Shown piece after piece: positions 12,382 through 24,730 of a stretch of 64,000 nt of DNA. The translations under genes were made by a program, and so were the position numbers. A model generated the notes under the pieces. The model was not told the origin of the DNA and made no database searches. It was given only the letters and a program-made list of their open reading frames with translations. This DNA is from Selaginella moellendorffii (lineage: Eukaryota > Plantae > Lycopodiophyta). Position 1 is the stretch's first letter. Each line of letters begins with the position of its first letter. Location: positions 1,239,322-1,303,321 of the forward strand of contig NW_003314303.1 in NCBI RefSeq assembly GCF_000143415.4, in the 5' to 3' direction.

Positions 12382-15300
12382 TTAGGAGCACTTTGTGCCA
12401 CTGCAGCCAGCTTCTTGCAAATGAACTAGAGAAAAATACGTACCAGACATCGACATTAGTTCCTCATGTGTTCCCTGCTCGACCACAGCTCCACTGTGCA
12501 TTACCGAGATGCAGTCGCAGTTCCTAACCGTAGAGAGCCTGTGAGCGATCACGAGCGTCGTTCTTCCGGCCATTGTCTCCAGCGCATCCTGAACGAGGTG
12601 CTCCGACTCTAGATCCAAAGCACTGGTGGCTTCGTCCAGCAGTAAAATCTGTGGGCTCTTCAAGACCGCTCGAGCTATTGCAATTCGCTGCTTCTGACCG
12701 CCAGAGAGACGGATTCCCTTCCGGCCAGAATGCGTCTTATACCCCTCCGGCAGTGCACTGCAACCAAAGCAATCTTAGTGACTCACAAACAAGAAAGGAA
12801 AAAGCTTCTGCCAACCTGATGAAATTGTGTGCATTAGCAATGCGACTGGCTTGGATTACTTCCGCTTCGGTGCATTCGCTTTCACGTCCATAAGCGATGT
12901 TTTCATGTATGGTTGCCGAAAACAAGCATGGCTCCTGGCTCACAAGACCGATCTGTCTCCTCAGCGAGTAAAGTTCAAGCTTTTTGATGTCCTTCCCATC
13001 GATTTTCACCACGCCGCTTAGAGGGTCGTAGAACCTCTCGATGAGCGCGACGACCGTGGACTTCCCCGAGCCACTGTGACCAACCAGTGCCATAGAAGTA
13101 CCACCTGGAACGTGTAGATTCAAGCCTCTCAGAACTACAACGTCCGGTCTTGTTGGATAAGCGAAGAACACGTTGCATGCTTCGATCTCTCCCGTAACTT
13201 TCCCCGGAGGAGTAGCTTCTGGATCGTTCGCATTTATCTTTCCCTTCTGACAGAGGATCCCAAATACCGAATCAATGCTGGCAGCACCTTTGGCGAGGTC
13301 GGGCGTCAGGCCAAGTGCCTCTGCCACCACACGTCCCGTGCTCAGGAACACGAAAAATATCTTGAACACGTCCTGATAGCTGATCTTTCTCTTGCTGACA
13401 AGCACGCCCGCATACCAGAACTGAAGGCCCCATGATGCGTACAAAACGAAGTGTGCAACTCCCAGGCCCAATCCAGCAGTGTGAGACCGCTTCTTCAGAT
13501 CTGTAACCGACGCATCTAGCCTGGATTGGAGCATTGCCAGAACTCTGCCTTGAGAACAAAAAGCTGTGATTGTCCTGTGCTGACTTATCGCTTCGCAAGC
13601 TAACTGGCTTGCCTCGGTGTGTGCCTTTGCAGACTTGTGCGTAAAGCCTTTCAGACATACCAGTTTGATGTAGTAGCAGAAGACGAACAGAGGTTGAGTC
13701 CCGATCATGAGTATTCCCAGCCTCCAGTTAACAACCAGTCCGATGGTGAAACTCACAATTACTGCGCTACCCGTCTGAACGAGGAGTGAGATACGGTCGG
13801 TGATAAGAGCTCGAATCTGTAAGCACAAAAACGGCGATATGACATGCCACCCTGTGTAGATAAGAGATTCCTTAGTTACATATCCACGGAAAACACGAAG
13901 ACTTACCACGTTTGCGTCGTAGGACAAGCGTGTACAAACTGCACTGCTGCTGTTTTCATCCCTGTCGAACCATCCAACGTCGAACTTCAGGATCGCCGCC
14001 AGCATCGCCTCACGCAGCCTCTTTGACAAATGCTCGCCAACAGCTGCCAGGTTACAGTGCTGCTCGAGGTTCACGAGAAAGGACGCAGCCATCATCGCAG
14101 GAAAGATGACGCAGTAGAGGTTGATCCGTTTCCGCATCTCTTCGTGATCGTTCAGGTAGTATACGGAAACCATGCATCCCAGCAAAAAGGCGTACATTGG
14201 ATGCACAACGCCAAAACCAAGAGCACCGGCGAGTCCCAACACTCCCTGCTTCCATTCCGGTGTTGCTAAACTCAAAAGCTGGAAAAACGATGGCCTGATC
14301 CGCCTTGAGGGATAAAGAACTGAATCTTGACCATTCTGGGCTGCGATAATTGGTGCTGAATGTGACGACTGTGCATTCTCAGGACTTGCATGCACCGCAT
14401 CTTCTCCGCCTAGCAGAGCACTGCGAGGCGTTTCCAAAGAAACAAGAGCCCTGTACGCCTTCCCCACTGCCATTAACTCTTCGTGTCTTCCAGTCTCTAC
14501 TATCCTTCCCGACTCTAAAACAGCAACTGCATCTGCGTTCCGGATCGTAGAAATCCTGTGCGCGACTATAAGCGTCGTGCGTCCAAGCCTTGCCTTCTCT
14601 AAAGCAGCCAGAACTGCTGTTTCTGACTTCATGTCTAAAGCACTGGTAGGCTCATCCAGCAGAAGGATACGTGGTTCCTTTATTATCGCCCTGGCTAAGG
14701 CAATTCTTTGCTTTTCACCTCCGGACATTTTTAGTCCTCGTTCGCCAACCTGTGTAGGAGATGAGAACAGTTTGTGATCTCAAAACTGACAGCTTACCAG
14801 ATTGTCGTAGCCTTCGGGAAGCCTGACAATAAAACTATGTGCATTTGCTGTGTGAGCAGCTCTGTAGACCTCGTCATCGCTGGCATCTTCCTTTCCGTAT
14901 AATATGTTTTCCCTTATTGTTGTCGCAAACAACGCGGGCTCCTGGCTCACAAGACCAATCTGGTGCCGATACCAATTGAGGTCAAGCTCCTTAATGTCTA
15001 CTCCATCAAAAAGAATTCTACCAGCTGAAGGATCGTAAAACCGTTCCAGCAGAGAAATAACAGTAGATTTTCCGGAGCCACTTCTGCCAACTAAAGCGGT
15101 GGTTTTACCTGCATTTGACGCTCATGAGAGAACGAAAAACCTCAAGAGTCAGAGTTACCGGCGGGTATGTCCAGTGTGAAACTGGTAAGAACGGGTGTGT
15201 CAGCTCTTGTCTGATAGCCGTATACCACTTCCTCCAGTCTGATGTGCCCTTGAACAGATTGCATTGCTTTCCCGTCAGATTTATCGACGTCGATGGGTGG

Positions 15301-16609
15301 AATCCGCCTAATGATGTGAAACATTCTCCATGCCGCCATGCGTCCTTCAACAAAAACGCCAAGATTGGACATGGCAAAACCAAGAGCTCTGCATCACAAA
15401 AACCAAAGTTTTCATTTGTTCCAAACGTAAAAGAGAAGTACCTTCCTCCGTTAAGCAGAGCCAAACCGGTAGTGATAATCTCAGCACCATTAGCTTCGCC
15501 GTGCATGACAAGCACACTTCCAAACCAGGCCATGAAGGCCCATAAAACGAAGCTGATGCCGTTGGAACCGAGTACCAGCCCCTTGATAAGTCCCTGCTTT
15601 AAACCAGATGCAACGGTTTCCTCGAGAGCAAGAGAATAAGCTCGAAGGGACTTGGTCTCCGCGACAAGTGAGTACACAGTACGAATGCACGCGATCGTTT
15701 GCTCCGCCATGTTCCCTGCTTTACTGTACGTGGCCTGCTTCTCATTCTCAAACTTCAAGATGGCGCTCCCGTAAAACACCCCTGGCAGAATGAGCAGCGG
15801 CGTGAAAGGCAGTATAGCGATTGCCAGCTTCCAAGACTGCGTAAATCCAACCAAATATCCTCCCACAAACTGGACAACGTTCCGGATGAAGTTGCCAGTC
15901 TATATAGACCTTCACAGCAAACATCAATATCCGAAAGCGACACAAAAAATATATGAAAGACAACGTTACCTTCTCGCTAATTGCCTCTTGCACCAGGAGC
16001 GTATCGTCCGATACGCAGTTGACAATGTAAGTTGCTGAAAGCTCGTTGTCAAGAAAAGAAACGTTCTGGCGGAGCACAGATCTGAGATACAGTGCTCTCA
16101 GCCTCGACGCTTGCCTCTCGCCAGTAAACATCCAGCAGCTTACTTCTGTCTTAACCACACGGGATAAAAACACATTTAAGCAAGCCCACTAAGTTGTTCT
16201 TCTATTCCTTTTTCTTTAGTCTATGGATAAGATACCAATGTATGACGCGATCCACGCAACAATGGCAATATAAACAAAAAGAAGCGCGTCCTGCAGCAAA
16301 ACAACCAATCCACACTCACAACCAAATCCAAGATCCAATCACCAAAACCGGTGGAGTCAAAGGAGAAAAAGCGAGCGCACTACTTAGAACAGGGAGAAAA
16401 CCGCGCACCTGGGAGAACTTCGTGCTCATCGCGCCGTCCTGTGGCAAAGTACCAAAGTTGTCGATCATGCGGCCGCGAATGATGAGCATCGCAGGGAAAG
16501 TGAGGCCATTGACGACGGCGCCGAGCGTGCCAGCCGCAATCAGCACAAAATCTTTGGCATCCGCGAACCGGAACAGCGAAATGTAGGACACCGACCGCTC
16601 CGGCCCCAT
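12382..16609 (-). CDS. Full-length ABCB (MDR/PGP) transporter, multi-exon
   Basis: TMD-NBD-TMD-NBD architecture. Walker A is GRSGSGKS / GHSGSGKS, Q-loops are VSQEP, the signature is (M/L)SGG(E/Q)KQRIA and Walker B is LLLDE. ATG at 16609, TAA at 12382. Confidence 0.95.
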
Positions 16610-16692
16610 CGCCCTCTCTTGCAAACCCTAAGCCAAAATGGCGCCATTTACTCTATAAGCCCTAACTTTTAAAAAACCATCGCTATCAGATC
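13294..16692 (-). repeat. Right arm of the ~3.4 kb inverted duplication
   Basis: Reverse complement of 119-3513 with scattered SNPs and indels. Confidence 0.95.
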
Positions 16693-17350
16693 GGGTGTTC
16701 GATTCCAACCCAGAACACTGTTTAGGCAGGGGAGTCGAGCCGCGGACCTGAGCACCACGTCATCACCGTGTCTCTCAGTATAACTAGCGTGTAACTACTG
16801 CATGAACCGACAATGGTCAAATTCTTCTCTGTTTTTTCCAGTTCTCGTTTTTTCTCTCCAATCGCGAAGCTTTTTTACTGCTACTTAGCTTGGAGCTATC
16901 GATAACTCACATATAAACACCTAGAAAAGGAGAGAGCTCTTAGAAGTAGCGAGCTCTTTCCCTGGATTCTAGATTTTAGATTCCATCCACAGGGGGCTTT
17001 AGTGGCGGGGCGAGCGAGTCACTTGGATAGATCTGCGCGGCTGCCCACATTTCTTTTTCGCTCTTTCTCTTCTTCGTCTTCTTCTCGCTTTTGATTTTCT
17101 TCTGGGAAGAATCTCGCCTTTGTCCTCGTCGCAAGCAATCTCGCGCACTCGCAGCAGTATCGCGGCTCGCAAAAGGGACCCATTCGATTGCTGGAGCAAG
17201 GATTCGCATCGATTCCCAGTTCTAAGCTATTTATCCTTTGTGGGTGGGAGGCATCCAGGATCTTCGGGCTTGCAAGCCAAGGCTCTAGAGTTTCCCTTCA
17301 AAAGGACCGACATTGGGAGCTCCCGAGAGAGGATTGGATTGGAGTCTCGA

Positions 17351-17964
17351 TGATGGCGATGGTGGTGCTTCTACAAATCATCTCCTTGCTTCTGGGTAAG
17401 CTCCTTTCTCTCTCGGATTTTTCCTTCTTCTCCTTTGCTGGTCTTGCATTGTTCTTCGCGTTTGTGTTTCATGCCGTCACACCCCTCTCACTCACCTACA
17501 CTCTTCACAGAGAAAGGAAAGAAGGAAGCCAAAAAAAATGTGATTTTTTTTTTTCCTCCACTCCATCCAAGCGCTTGTTGACAAAGCGATCACGTCACGA
17601 GAGATCAAACAGGAAGCTTTGATCTTTGGCCGGTGTTAGAGCCGTGATCTCGCGACACTCGCTAAGTGTCGCAAACTCGCTCGAGCAGCCACTCAAGTTC
17701 TTCCTCCAGTTTGTCGGTGCTAGTGCCGTGATCCGGGTCGATACGATTCCTTCTCCCCTGCTTCTTCGATCGATCCATCCATCCCCACAATTCCAGTCCC
17801 AATGCTAATCAATTCGCTAAGATCCAAGCTCTGCCAGCGACAGAGACTGTTGCTAGCGCGAGCGTTGCGACATTTCATTCGCTCCACTGTAGCTCCTCCT
17901 TGTCTCCATCGCCAGCGATCGCCCACGATCGCGACTCCAAGCCAAAGCAAAGCAAAAGAAATTA

Positions 17965-18001
<37 letters not shown>

Positions 18002-19855
18002 CATGCCACCACGCCATAGCCGCGAAGACCAAAGAGAGTCGCAAGAGAGACGTTTCCTATACTTCCTTTCTCTCTTCCCTACAAATGGTGTCTCTAACGG
18101 TGGCAATGCCAAACGATGGCGACAGGGGCGGTCCGGCTGGCGGTATCCGACGGTACCTTCACCATCCAGAACAACTGTGCCGCCACGATATGGCTCGGCG
18201 TCGTCTCCAGCGCGGGCATCCAACCGCTCACCTTGGACAACACCATGCTCTCCACCGGCCAGACCATGACCGTCACCACGCCCTCCAATTGGGGGGGCCG
18301 GTTCTGGGGCCGCACGGGATGCAGCCGCGGCACCGACGGCACCTTCACCTGCGCCATGGGCGACTGTGACGGGCGGGAGCAGTGCACCGTCGGCGGCAAG
18401 CCGCCCGCGACGCTCGTAGGTAAGAACCGTGCCGCGCGGTACTAACCGCTACACCGCGCGGTACTAACCGACGTCACCGTGTGTGCAGAGTTTACGCTCA
18501 GCGGCTATGCCAACATGGATTTCTACGACGTGTCGCTGGTGGATGGCTACAATCTGCCCATGGCGGTATCGCCAGACGGCGGCGGGCAGGGGCGCAACGC
18601 GACCGATCCCAAGAGCTGCGGTGCCGCCGGCTGCACGGGGGATCTCAACCGGAACTGCCCGGCGGCACTCCAGGTGACGGGCACCGGTAACGTGGTGGGA
18701 TGCCGCAGCGCCTGCGACGCTTTCAAGGAGCCGCAGTACTGCTGCACTGGAGAGAACGCGCTGCCAACGACGTGCAAGCCCACCGATTACTCGAAAGCTT
18801 TCAAGCAGTCGTGCCCGAATGCTTATAGCTACGCTTACGATGATCTCAGCTCCACTTTTACGTGCATGGGAGGGCGCTACACTATCGTGTTTTGTCCCAC
18901 CGCGACCGACCTGTGAGTATCTCTCTCTCTCTCTTTTCTTCTTTCGTTCAATCCATCCGTGGAGAGTTCCATCTTTGAATTGAGTGAAGTTTTTCATGAT
19001 CTTGGGTTGGTTTTCTTCTCGTGTTTTTTTTCTCTTTTCTTTTGGGTCGATTGATCTCTGGTTTATTTCAATCCATCAGTTCTAGGGAGTGATTTTCAGT
19101 TCGTTTTTCTCGTTTTTGTTTTCTTGGGTCAATTGTCCACCACCATTGCTTGTCCCTATCTTGCTCACCGCCACCTATAGGATAAGCGATTCCTTTTTCT
19201 CAGAAGAGCATCTTGTCAGCAGTCAGTACTGTGTTTGCTTTCTCTTTTCTTTTGTTTTCTAGTTTCTTCGTATATTTGTATGTTTGGTTTTCCACGTCAG
19301 TTTCAATCCTGTTTGAGATTCTATGTGATTGTGGTCATTGTCCATTTTTTTGAGAATTTTCACGGTTTTTTTTTTCGTTTCTAGTTCCAAACCTTCCAAC
19401 TCTTCCGGCAACTTTGCCAAGTTTTCTCCCGCGTACATATTCGTAACTGCGTTGGCCTTCTTTTTTTTAATTGCGTGAAGGCCCCTCCATCACGTAAATT
19501 GTCTGTACAATACAATTTCGCGACCATCATCCACTTGACTTGGAGTTTGAGAGTTCTTCGCTCGATCTTAGTCTCGATGCAACTTCTCTATGCTAACGCT
19601 TTGGTTTCCCTCCGCGATTGTTGTTACAGATCCGATGATAACAATGGAGTCCAATTTCCCGAAGCTCAAGCAGTGCCAGCTCCAGCAGTACCATCCACCG
19701 ATGGTGGCGACAACTTCCCAGTCGGAGGATCATCGCCCACGGTAGGAACCAACTTTCGGATAATCTCTCCATCCAGCGCGCCGTCACGGATCCAGTCTTT
19801 GTGGTGGCCACTGGGCCTCGCGCTAGGCATAGTTCTTTTGAAAAGCATTTCTTAG
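17351..19855 (+). CDS. Thaumatin-like protein (PR-5) with C-terminal hydrophobic, probably GPI-anchor, tail; 4 exons
   Basis: Signal-peptide exon MMAMVVLLQIISLLL. Thaumatin motifs FTIQNNCAATIW, WGGRFWGRTGC, PPATLVEFT, DFYDVSLVDGYNLP and FKQSCPNAYSYAYDD. The last exon is Pro/Ser-rich and ends WWPLGLALGIVLLKSIS. Confidence 0.92.
17968..17997 (+). repeat. (CT)n microsatellite in thaumatin intron 1
   Basis: About 15 CT units. Confidence 0.95.
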
Positions 19856-19957
19856 GATCATCAAAGAAAACACTGATCGATCGATTGATTGTTTCATCGG
19901 TCCATAGAGAAAGTTCCAAACAGGGGTTCCACTAAAGAACAATAAAGAAAAGAGATT

Positions 19958-20649
19958 TCAAACAGTTTCCGTGGCTACTTGGACAACTTCTGGTGCTTCT
20001 TGACTCGCTGCTAGCTTCGCAACCACCGGCGGCGCAACTGGAACTTCGTCGACGTAGTGCATCAAAACCGTGAACCCGAGCTGCGTGATTCCAACGATGA
20101 TCGAAAAAGCCTCGAGAACTCTCTGGCAAGAACAAACCAAGATAAGCGAAAACCAAAGCATAGAAGTAAGATTGTATACGCACGAATTTGCTATTGTCGC
20201 TGCCGAGATTGACGTTCTTGCTCGCAAAGCTGGAAGAACTCGTTAAGATTCTTGCAGGATGAAAAGGAGCTTATAGTTTTACCCAAGAGCCACCAGAGAG
20301 AAGGCAGCGGAGATGATCGCGGTGGCCGAGGCCGATGCGTGGGAAACCGCGGCCGGGTATTTCACGTAGTAAAGGCTGCTTACTGCTGATAGCGTTCCGA
20401 CCACTCCAGCCAGCAGCGAGACCAAGATCAACATCAAACGAGACAAGTCTGGAGAACAAATCCAAAGAGAGAACTCCACAAAGTTGTAAGAAGAAAATAA
20501 TCACCTTTGCCAAGCATAAGATCTCCCGCAACATTCTCGAAAGCCCACGTCGAGAAGCCAATGAGGATGAGATACAAGACCAGATTAATCACACCCAAGA
20601 CTCCCGCCGCCAACTTTGCCGATACCCAGTTACACACGATGCACGCCAT
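19958..20649 (-). CDS. AWPM-19-like membrane protein
   Basis: Reads INLVLYLILIGFSTWAF..., SLLAGVVGTLSAVSSLYYV...SHASASATAIIS..LVALG and LEAFSIIVGITQL, matching the AWPM-19 family pattern. Short introns are present. Confidence 0.8.
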
Positions 20650-20799
20650 CGCCGCCAAACGATGATTATTAGCCGCGAACTAATTTATAAAAATACATTC
20701 ATAGACTGATAAAATATATAGATTTTAAAAAGCTGCAAAAATAGTTTCAACAATATAAATCATAAATAATAACAATAAAAAATATAAAGAAAAGTGCTT

Positions 20800-20873
20800 T
20801 GCTTTCACTGAGAGTTGAACTCAGGACCTCCCGCTTACTAAACGGGTGCTCTGACCAAATGAGCTATGAAAGC
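20800..20873 (-). tRNA. tRNA-Thr(AGT)
   Basis: GCTTTCATAGCTCATTTGGTCAGAGCACCCGTTTAGTAAGCGGGAGGTCCTGAGTTCAACTCTCAGTGAAAGCA folds as a cloverleaf with anticodon AGT. A T-run lies downstream. Confidence 0.95.
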
Positions 20874-21014
20874 TGAATAAAAAATGACAAATAACAGTTA
20901 AAATATAAGTCATATTACACTGTAAACTAAAATAGTAATAATAATAATTAATTTAAGAAAAGAGTTAAAAATAAAGAATATTTTTATAGTTAAAATAACA
21001 TATTTAAATAATTT

Positions 21015-21088
21015 TGCTTTCACTGAGAGTTGAACTCAGGACCTCCCGCTTACTAAACGGGTGCTCTGACCAAATGAGCTATGAAAGC
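21015..21088 (-). tRNA. tRNA-Thr(AGT), identical second copy
   Basis: Identical to 20800-20873. Confidence 0.95.
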
Positions 21089-21116
21089 TATATGGAGATT
21101 GAGCGAAGCTCCAGCG

Positions 21117-22210
21117 TTATGAGGTTACATCCGAGATGGTAATGCTTCCCGATTGATCGGCATCTTGCTCCCGAAAGTCGTCCAAGATCGCTTTCACGTC
21201 CGCGTCCTGGATCTTGCCCAGCTCCATCAACTTGTAGATCACAAACTCGGGAGCACTGGCATGCATGCACGACAGATATCAAGTTCTTTCCTCTTGGATC
21301 GATCGCAGCAAAGAGGATCAATCGAGAAGCTGTTAAGCTTTACGTACCTGAGCCTGCCATCTTTGTCAATATCGGCCGCCTCCACGTCCGAGATCGTCAC
21401 CTTTCGCGAGAGAACCCACTTTGCGATGGCGTGCTGCCGCTCCTCGGTGATGAGCTCGGCGAGGTAGAGCATGAACTGCGCGACGCAAGCGGTGCTGGCC
21501 AGGATCCAAAACACCGCACAGATCCTCCCGCCCTCCGTCCTGAAAGCTCGATCGCCATAGCCCAGCGTGGTGACGGTCACGCAAACGCAGTAGAACGAGT
21601 CGACGAAGCCGAGGCCCTCGACTCCCATGAGAATGCCGATGCCGGCCCCGAGGACGATCACCACCAATCCAGCAGCGACGAGAACTTTGTGCTGCACGCT
21701 CGTGATCCGGGCCTCTCCCGACTGCTCCAGCTGCTGTTGCTCCTCGAGAGCTTTCTCGAGCAGTCGCTGCTGCTTCTCCACGAAGTAGTTCGCGGCGTTG
21801 CCGATGATGAGGCCGATGAGGCCGAAGCCGAGGAAGACGAAGGCGCAGGTGAAGAGCTTGGCGGTGCTTGTGTGGGGGACGAGATCACCATAGCCGACGG
21901 TGGTCATGGTGACGGCGCAAAAGTAGAGGGCGTCCACGATGTTCACGGTTCTCTCGCCCTCGAACCCGTGCTTGACGTAGATGAAGCACAGGAGTCCCAC
22001 GGCGATGTAGATGAGGAGGATCATGGCGGCTCGCTGGGGCGTGAGGATGGCCAGGTTTGCAACGGGCGGGAGCTCGGGTTGTGGGGGCTTCCCGGTCGAT
22101 CGCTGTCGATCCAGGCTGTAGTTTGCTCCAGTGTCGCTCGAGCATTTCTTGAGGTGGTGGTCCTTGGGATCGTTCGCAGGAACGAGCAAAGGCTCTCTAG
22201 TGTTGCTCAT
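21117..22210 (-). CDS. TPK: Two-pore (tandem-pore) K+ channel, TPK family
   Basis: Two pore loops (TMTTVGYGD, TVTTLGYGD) and C-terminal EF hands (DIDKDGRLS, DADQSGSIT). One intron at ~21256-21347; stop TAA at 21117. Confidence 0.93.
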
Positions 22211-22282
22211 GCTTCTCACCAGAAACTAGAAATGAAACAAATGAGCTAGATCGAGAAAACCATGGACGAAGTCGAGAAGTCA

Positions 22283-22873
22283 AGATCTACCGTACACTTA
22301 AACCCTTAAAAAAAGAATGAGACCTCTCTCCTATGCCGTACGAAGAAGAGACTTCTAGGATCTAAACTCGAGGTTCCCAAGTTGGAGTTTGATGGGATGG
22401 AATCGCCCAAAAACTTATCCTTGCTTAGAAGACAAGACAAACAACCGCCAAGGTACCTGGACTGGAGCTCTGCCCTTCCAAGCGCTCAACGCCCAGACCT
22501 AGAAAATGTGGCCAGTCGAGAGCTCGATTCCTCACCCCTTCACTCCCACCAACTTATAACCAAGCTTTTCCACGTGAAATTATAATCCACTACGTGGCCA
22601 TGCTATTTTGTCACATCGTGGATGAAAATTCTTTGACATCATCCTTTTGAGCTTTGAAGAAATGGATCAAGAGAAAGGGTTCTCTCTGACCAAGACAATG
22701 CTCAAGAGATTTTAATACTTTGCTGCCAATGTCGTGATCATATGGTGAGCTCCCTGGAGTGTTTCTTGACAGAATTCTTACATCTTTGTTCTTTTGTCAA
22801 TACCGTGCTTGATCTAAACTTCTTGCCTAGCATACAAAGAAACCATGTTTCCCACACGTAGCACAAAGATGAA
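22283..22873. repeat. TPK upstream region, copy 1 of a ~600 bp direct duplication
   Basis: Shares colinear blocks with 23819-24498: agatctaccgtaca, ggaatcgccc..aaacttatcc, ggactggagctctgcccttcca, cacgtgaaat, ctctctgaccaagacaatgctca and tttcccacacgtagcacaaagatga. Confidence 0.9.
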
Positions 22874-22970
22874 GAGGGAGGGGGAGAGAGAGCAAAGAAA
22901 GACTTTGCTTGGTCTAATTACTGAAATAGCGGTGAATCCTAAACCTTAATAGTTAGGTAGTCACGATTAT

Positions 22971-23700
22971 TTAAAACAGCAAACATTGTGATGAGAAACT
23001 TACTATGCCATCTTTTTGGCAAATCTGCAGTGTTCCCTCAACCTCCAGGAGTCCATACATCCATTTGGTAGACCCCAAAACAGCCAGCGGCACTGTCCCG
23101 GGGTGGCCATTGTTGATATTGCGAATCACCCCTGGTTCAGCACAGATGGCAGCTTGTAATACCGCATTTATGCTCACGTTCACGTCATCTTTGCACTCAA
23201 GATCCAGGCACAGACACTGAGCTTCAGCATCGGATTTCTGCACCAGCAACAACAAATAGTAACATTATCTGCAACAGCAAAGACTCAAGATTCTCACTCG
23301 GAGCGGATCTCGCGCATTTTGAGCACGGGCTTCCGAGCGTGGTTCTTCAAGCAAGTTGAGAATGGTTGAGGGACACTTGAGAGACGTGTTGAATGCATAG
23401 GCGAGAATGCCACACTCTTTGTCACTACCAGAACTGTCTTCATGCGAAACGGCACAAGAAAAATCCCGTCATTCCCCTCCTCGATCTTGTCTTCGACCAA
23501 CTTCGCAAACTGCTGCTTAGCCACATGAAAAAAGACCACAAATCGTACCTCCTCGAAAGTCCTCTAAGGCTTTCGAACTCTTCCCATTCTTCATCCGTGG
23601 GTGATGTGAGGCACCTCAAGCTGCTCACAAGGTGGTGCATCTCTGTGCTAGCAGAACGAGTACACGCCCTGGAACAGAAATAAGGAGCGGGTCATTGCAT
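22971..23700 (-). pseudogene. Degenerate gene of uncertain family, possibly a restriction-endonuclease-like fold
   Basis: Frame-broken coding-like segments. The C-terminal part reads LECKDDVNVSINAVLQAAICAE...VPLAVLGSTKWMYGLL. Confidence 0.35.
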
Positions 23701-23818
23701 ACACCCCCCATAAACATCTGACGCTGGAAATCGAAAAGGATCGCTCAAGTTTGGCTTTGTCCTGCAAACGCGAGAAAGAGCCAGAGATTGAGAAAACCAA
23801 TTGGACAAAGAGACAGTG

Positions 23819-24498
23819 AGATCTACCGTACAACTAGAAGAATAAGACCTCTCTTATACCGTACTTCTAGGATGCAAATTCTGATGCGATGGAATCGCCC
23901 CAAAACTTATCCTTAGCTTAGAACTCAAAAGACAAGACACACAACGGCCAAGGTGCATGGACTGGAGCTCTGCCCTTCCAAACGCTCCTAAAATCGAATC
24001 CTCGCACTTATAACCAAAGCTTTTTCACGTGAAATCTTAATCCACTAGGTGGCCAGGCCAAGTTATTTTGTCACATCGTGGATGGATGCTCAAGAAATTC
24101 TATGATATCATCTTTGGAGAAATGGATAAAGAAGGAAAAGAGAGTGTTCTCTCTGACCAAGACAATGCTCAGGAAATTTTATTTCTTTTCCTGTCAATGT
24201 GGTGATCGTATGGTGAGTTCATGGCTCTCCTTGTTTCGATTCCACTTCTTTGGGCTCCACTTTGGTTTTTGTCACCACTTACCAAACCTTCGTGTGTGTG
24301 ACAGATAACTTTTGGAGCACGCAAGAAAACTCTCCATGAGTTTTTTTCTTGAGAGATTTCCTATGTAGTTGGTTCTTTTTTGTCAATGCCATGCTTGATT
24401 TAAAGATCTTGCCTGGCATCCCAATCCCCAGCTGGCCGCATTGTCTTGCCATGATACAAAGAAATCAAAGATGTTTCCCACACGTAGCACAAAGATGA
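23819..24498. repeat. Copy 2 of the TPK upstream duplication
   Basis: Colinear, diverged copy of 22283-22873 with small insertions. Confidence 0.9.
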
Positions 24499-24730
24499 TG
24501 GCCAAGGAGAGAGAGAAGTATGGAGAGAGGAAACTATGGATATGGCGAGCAAAGAATTAGCGCAAATCCTTTAAAGTTGAAACATCTTCGAAAATCTTTA
24601 CATCGAGAGAGAGAGGAGAGAGAGGAGAGAGGAGAAAATCTAAAAAATCCGCCATGGTGGTGTGTGTAAGTAGTGTTCTCGGAGTGTGTTGTGTTGTATT
24701 CTTTTCCTTTCTTTTTTTCCTTGCGATCGA

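Noticed and set aside
20800-21088. Direct repeat with a spacer, resembling a CRISPR unit or an att-site duplication
   Set aside because: The repeats are two complete tRNA genes in a eukaryotic context, with no cas or integrase genes.
21431-22249. Long antisense ORFs over GC-rich genes (also 55903-57165, 54065-54682, 28109-28726)
   Set aside because: These are shadow ORFs caused by GC-rich codon usage on the opposite strand of clear genes.
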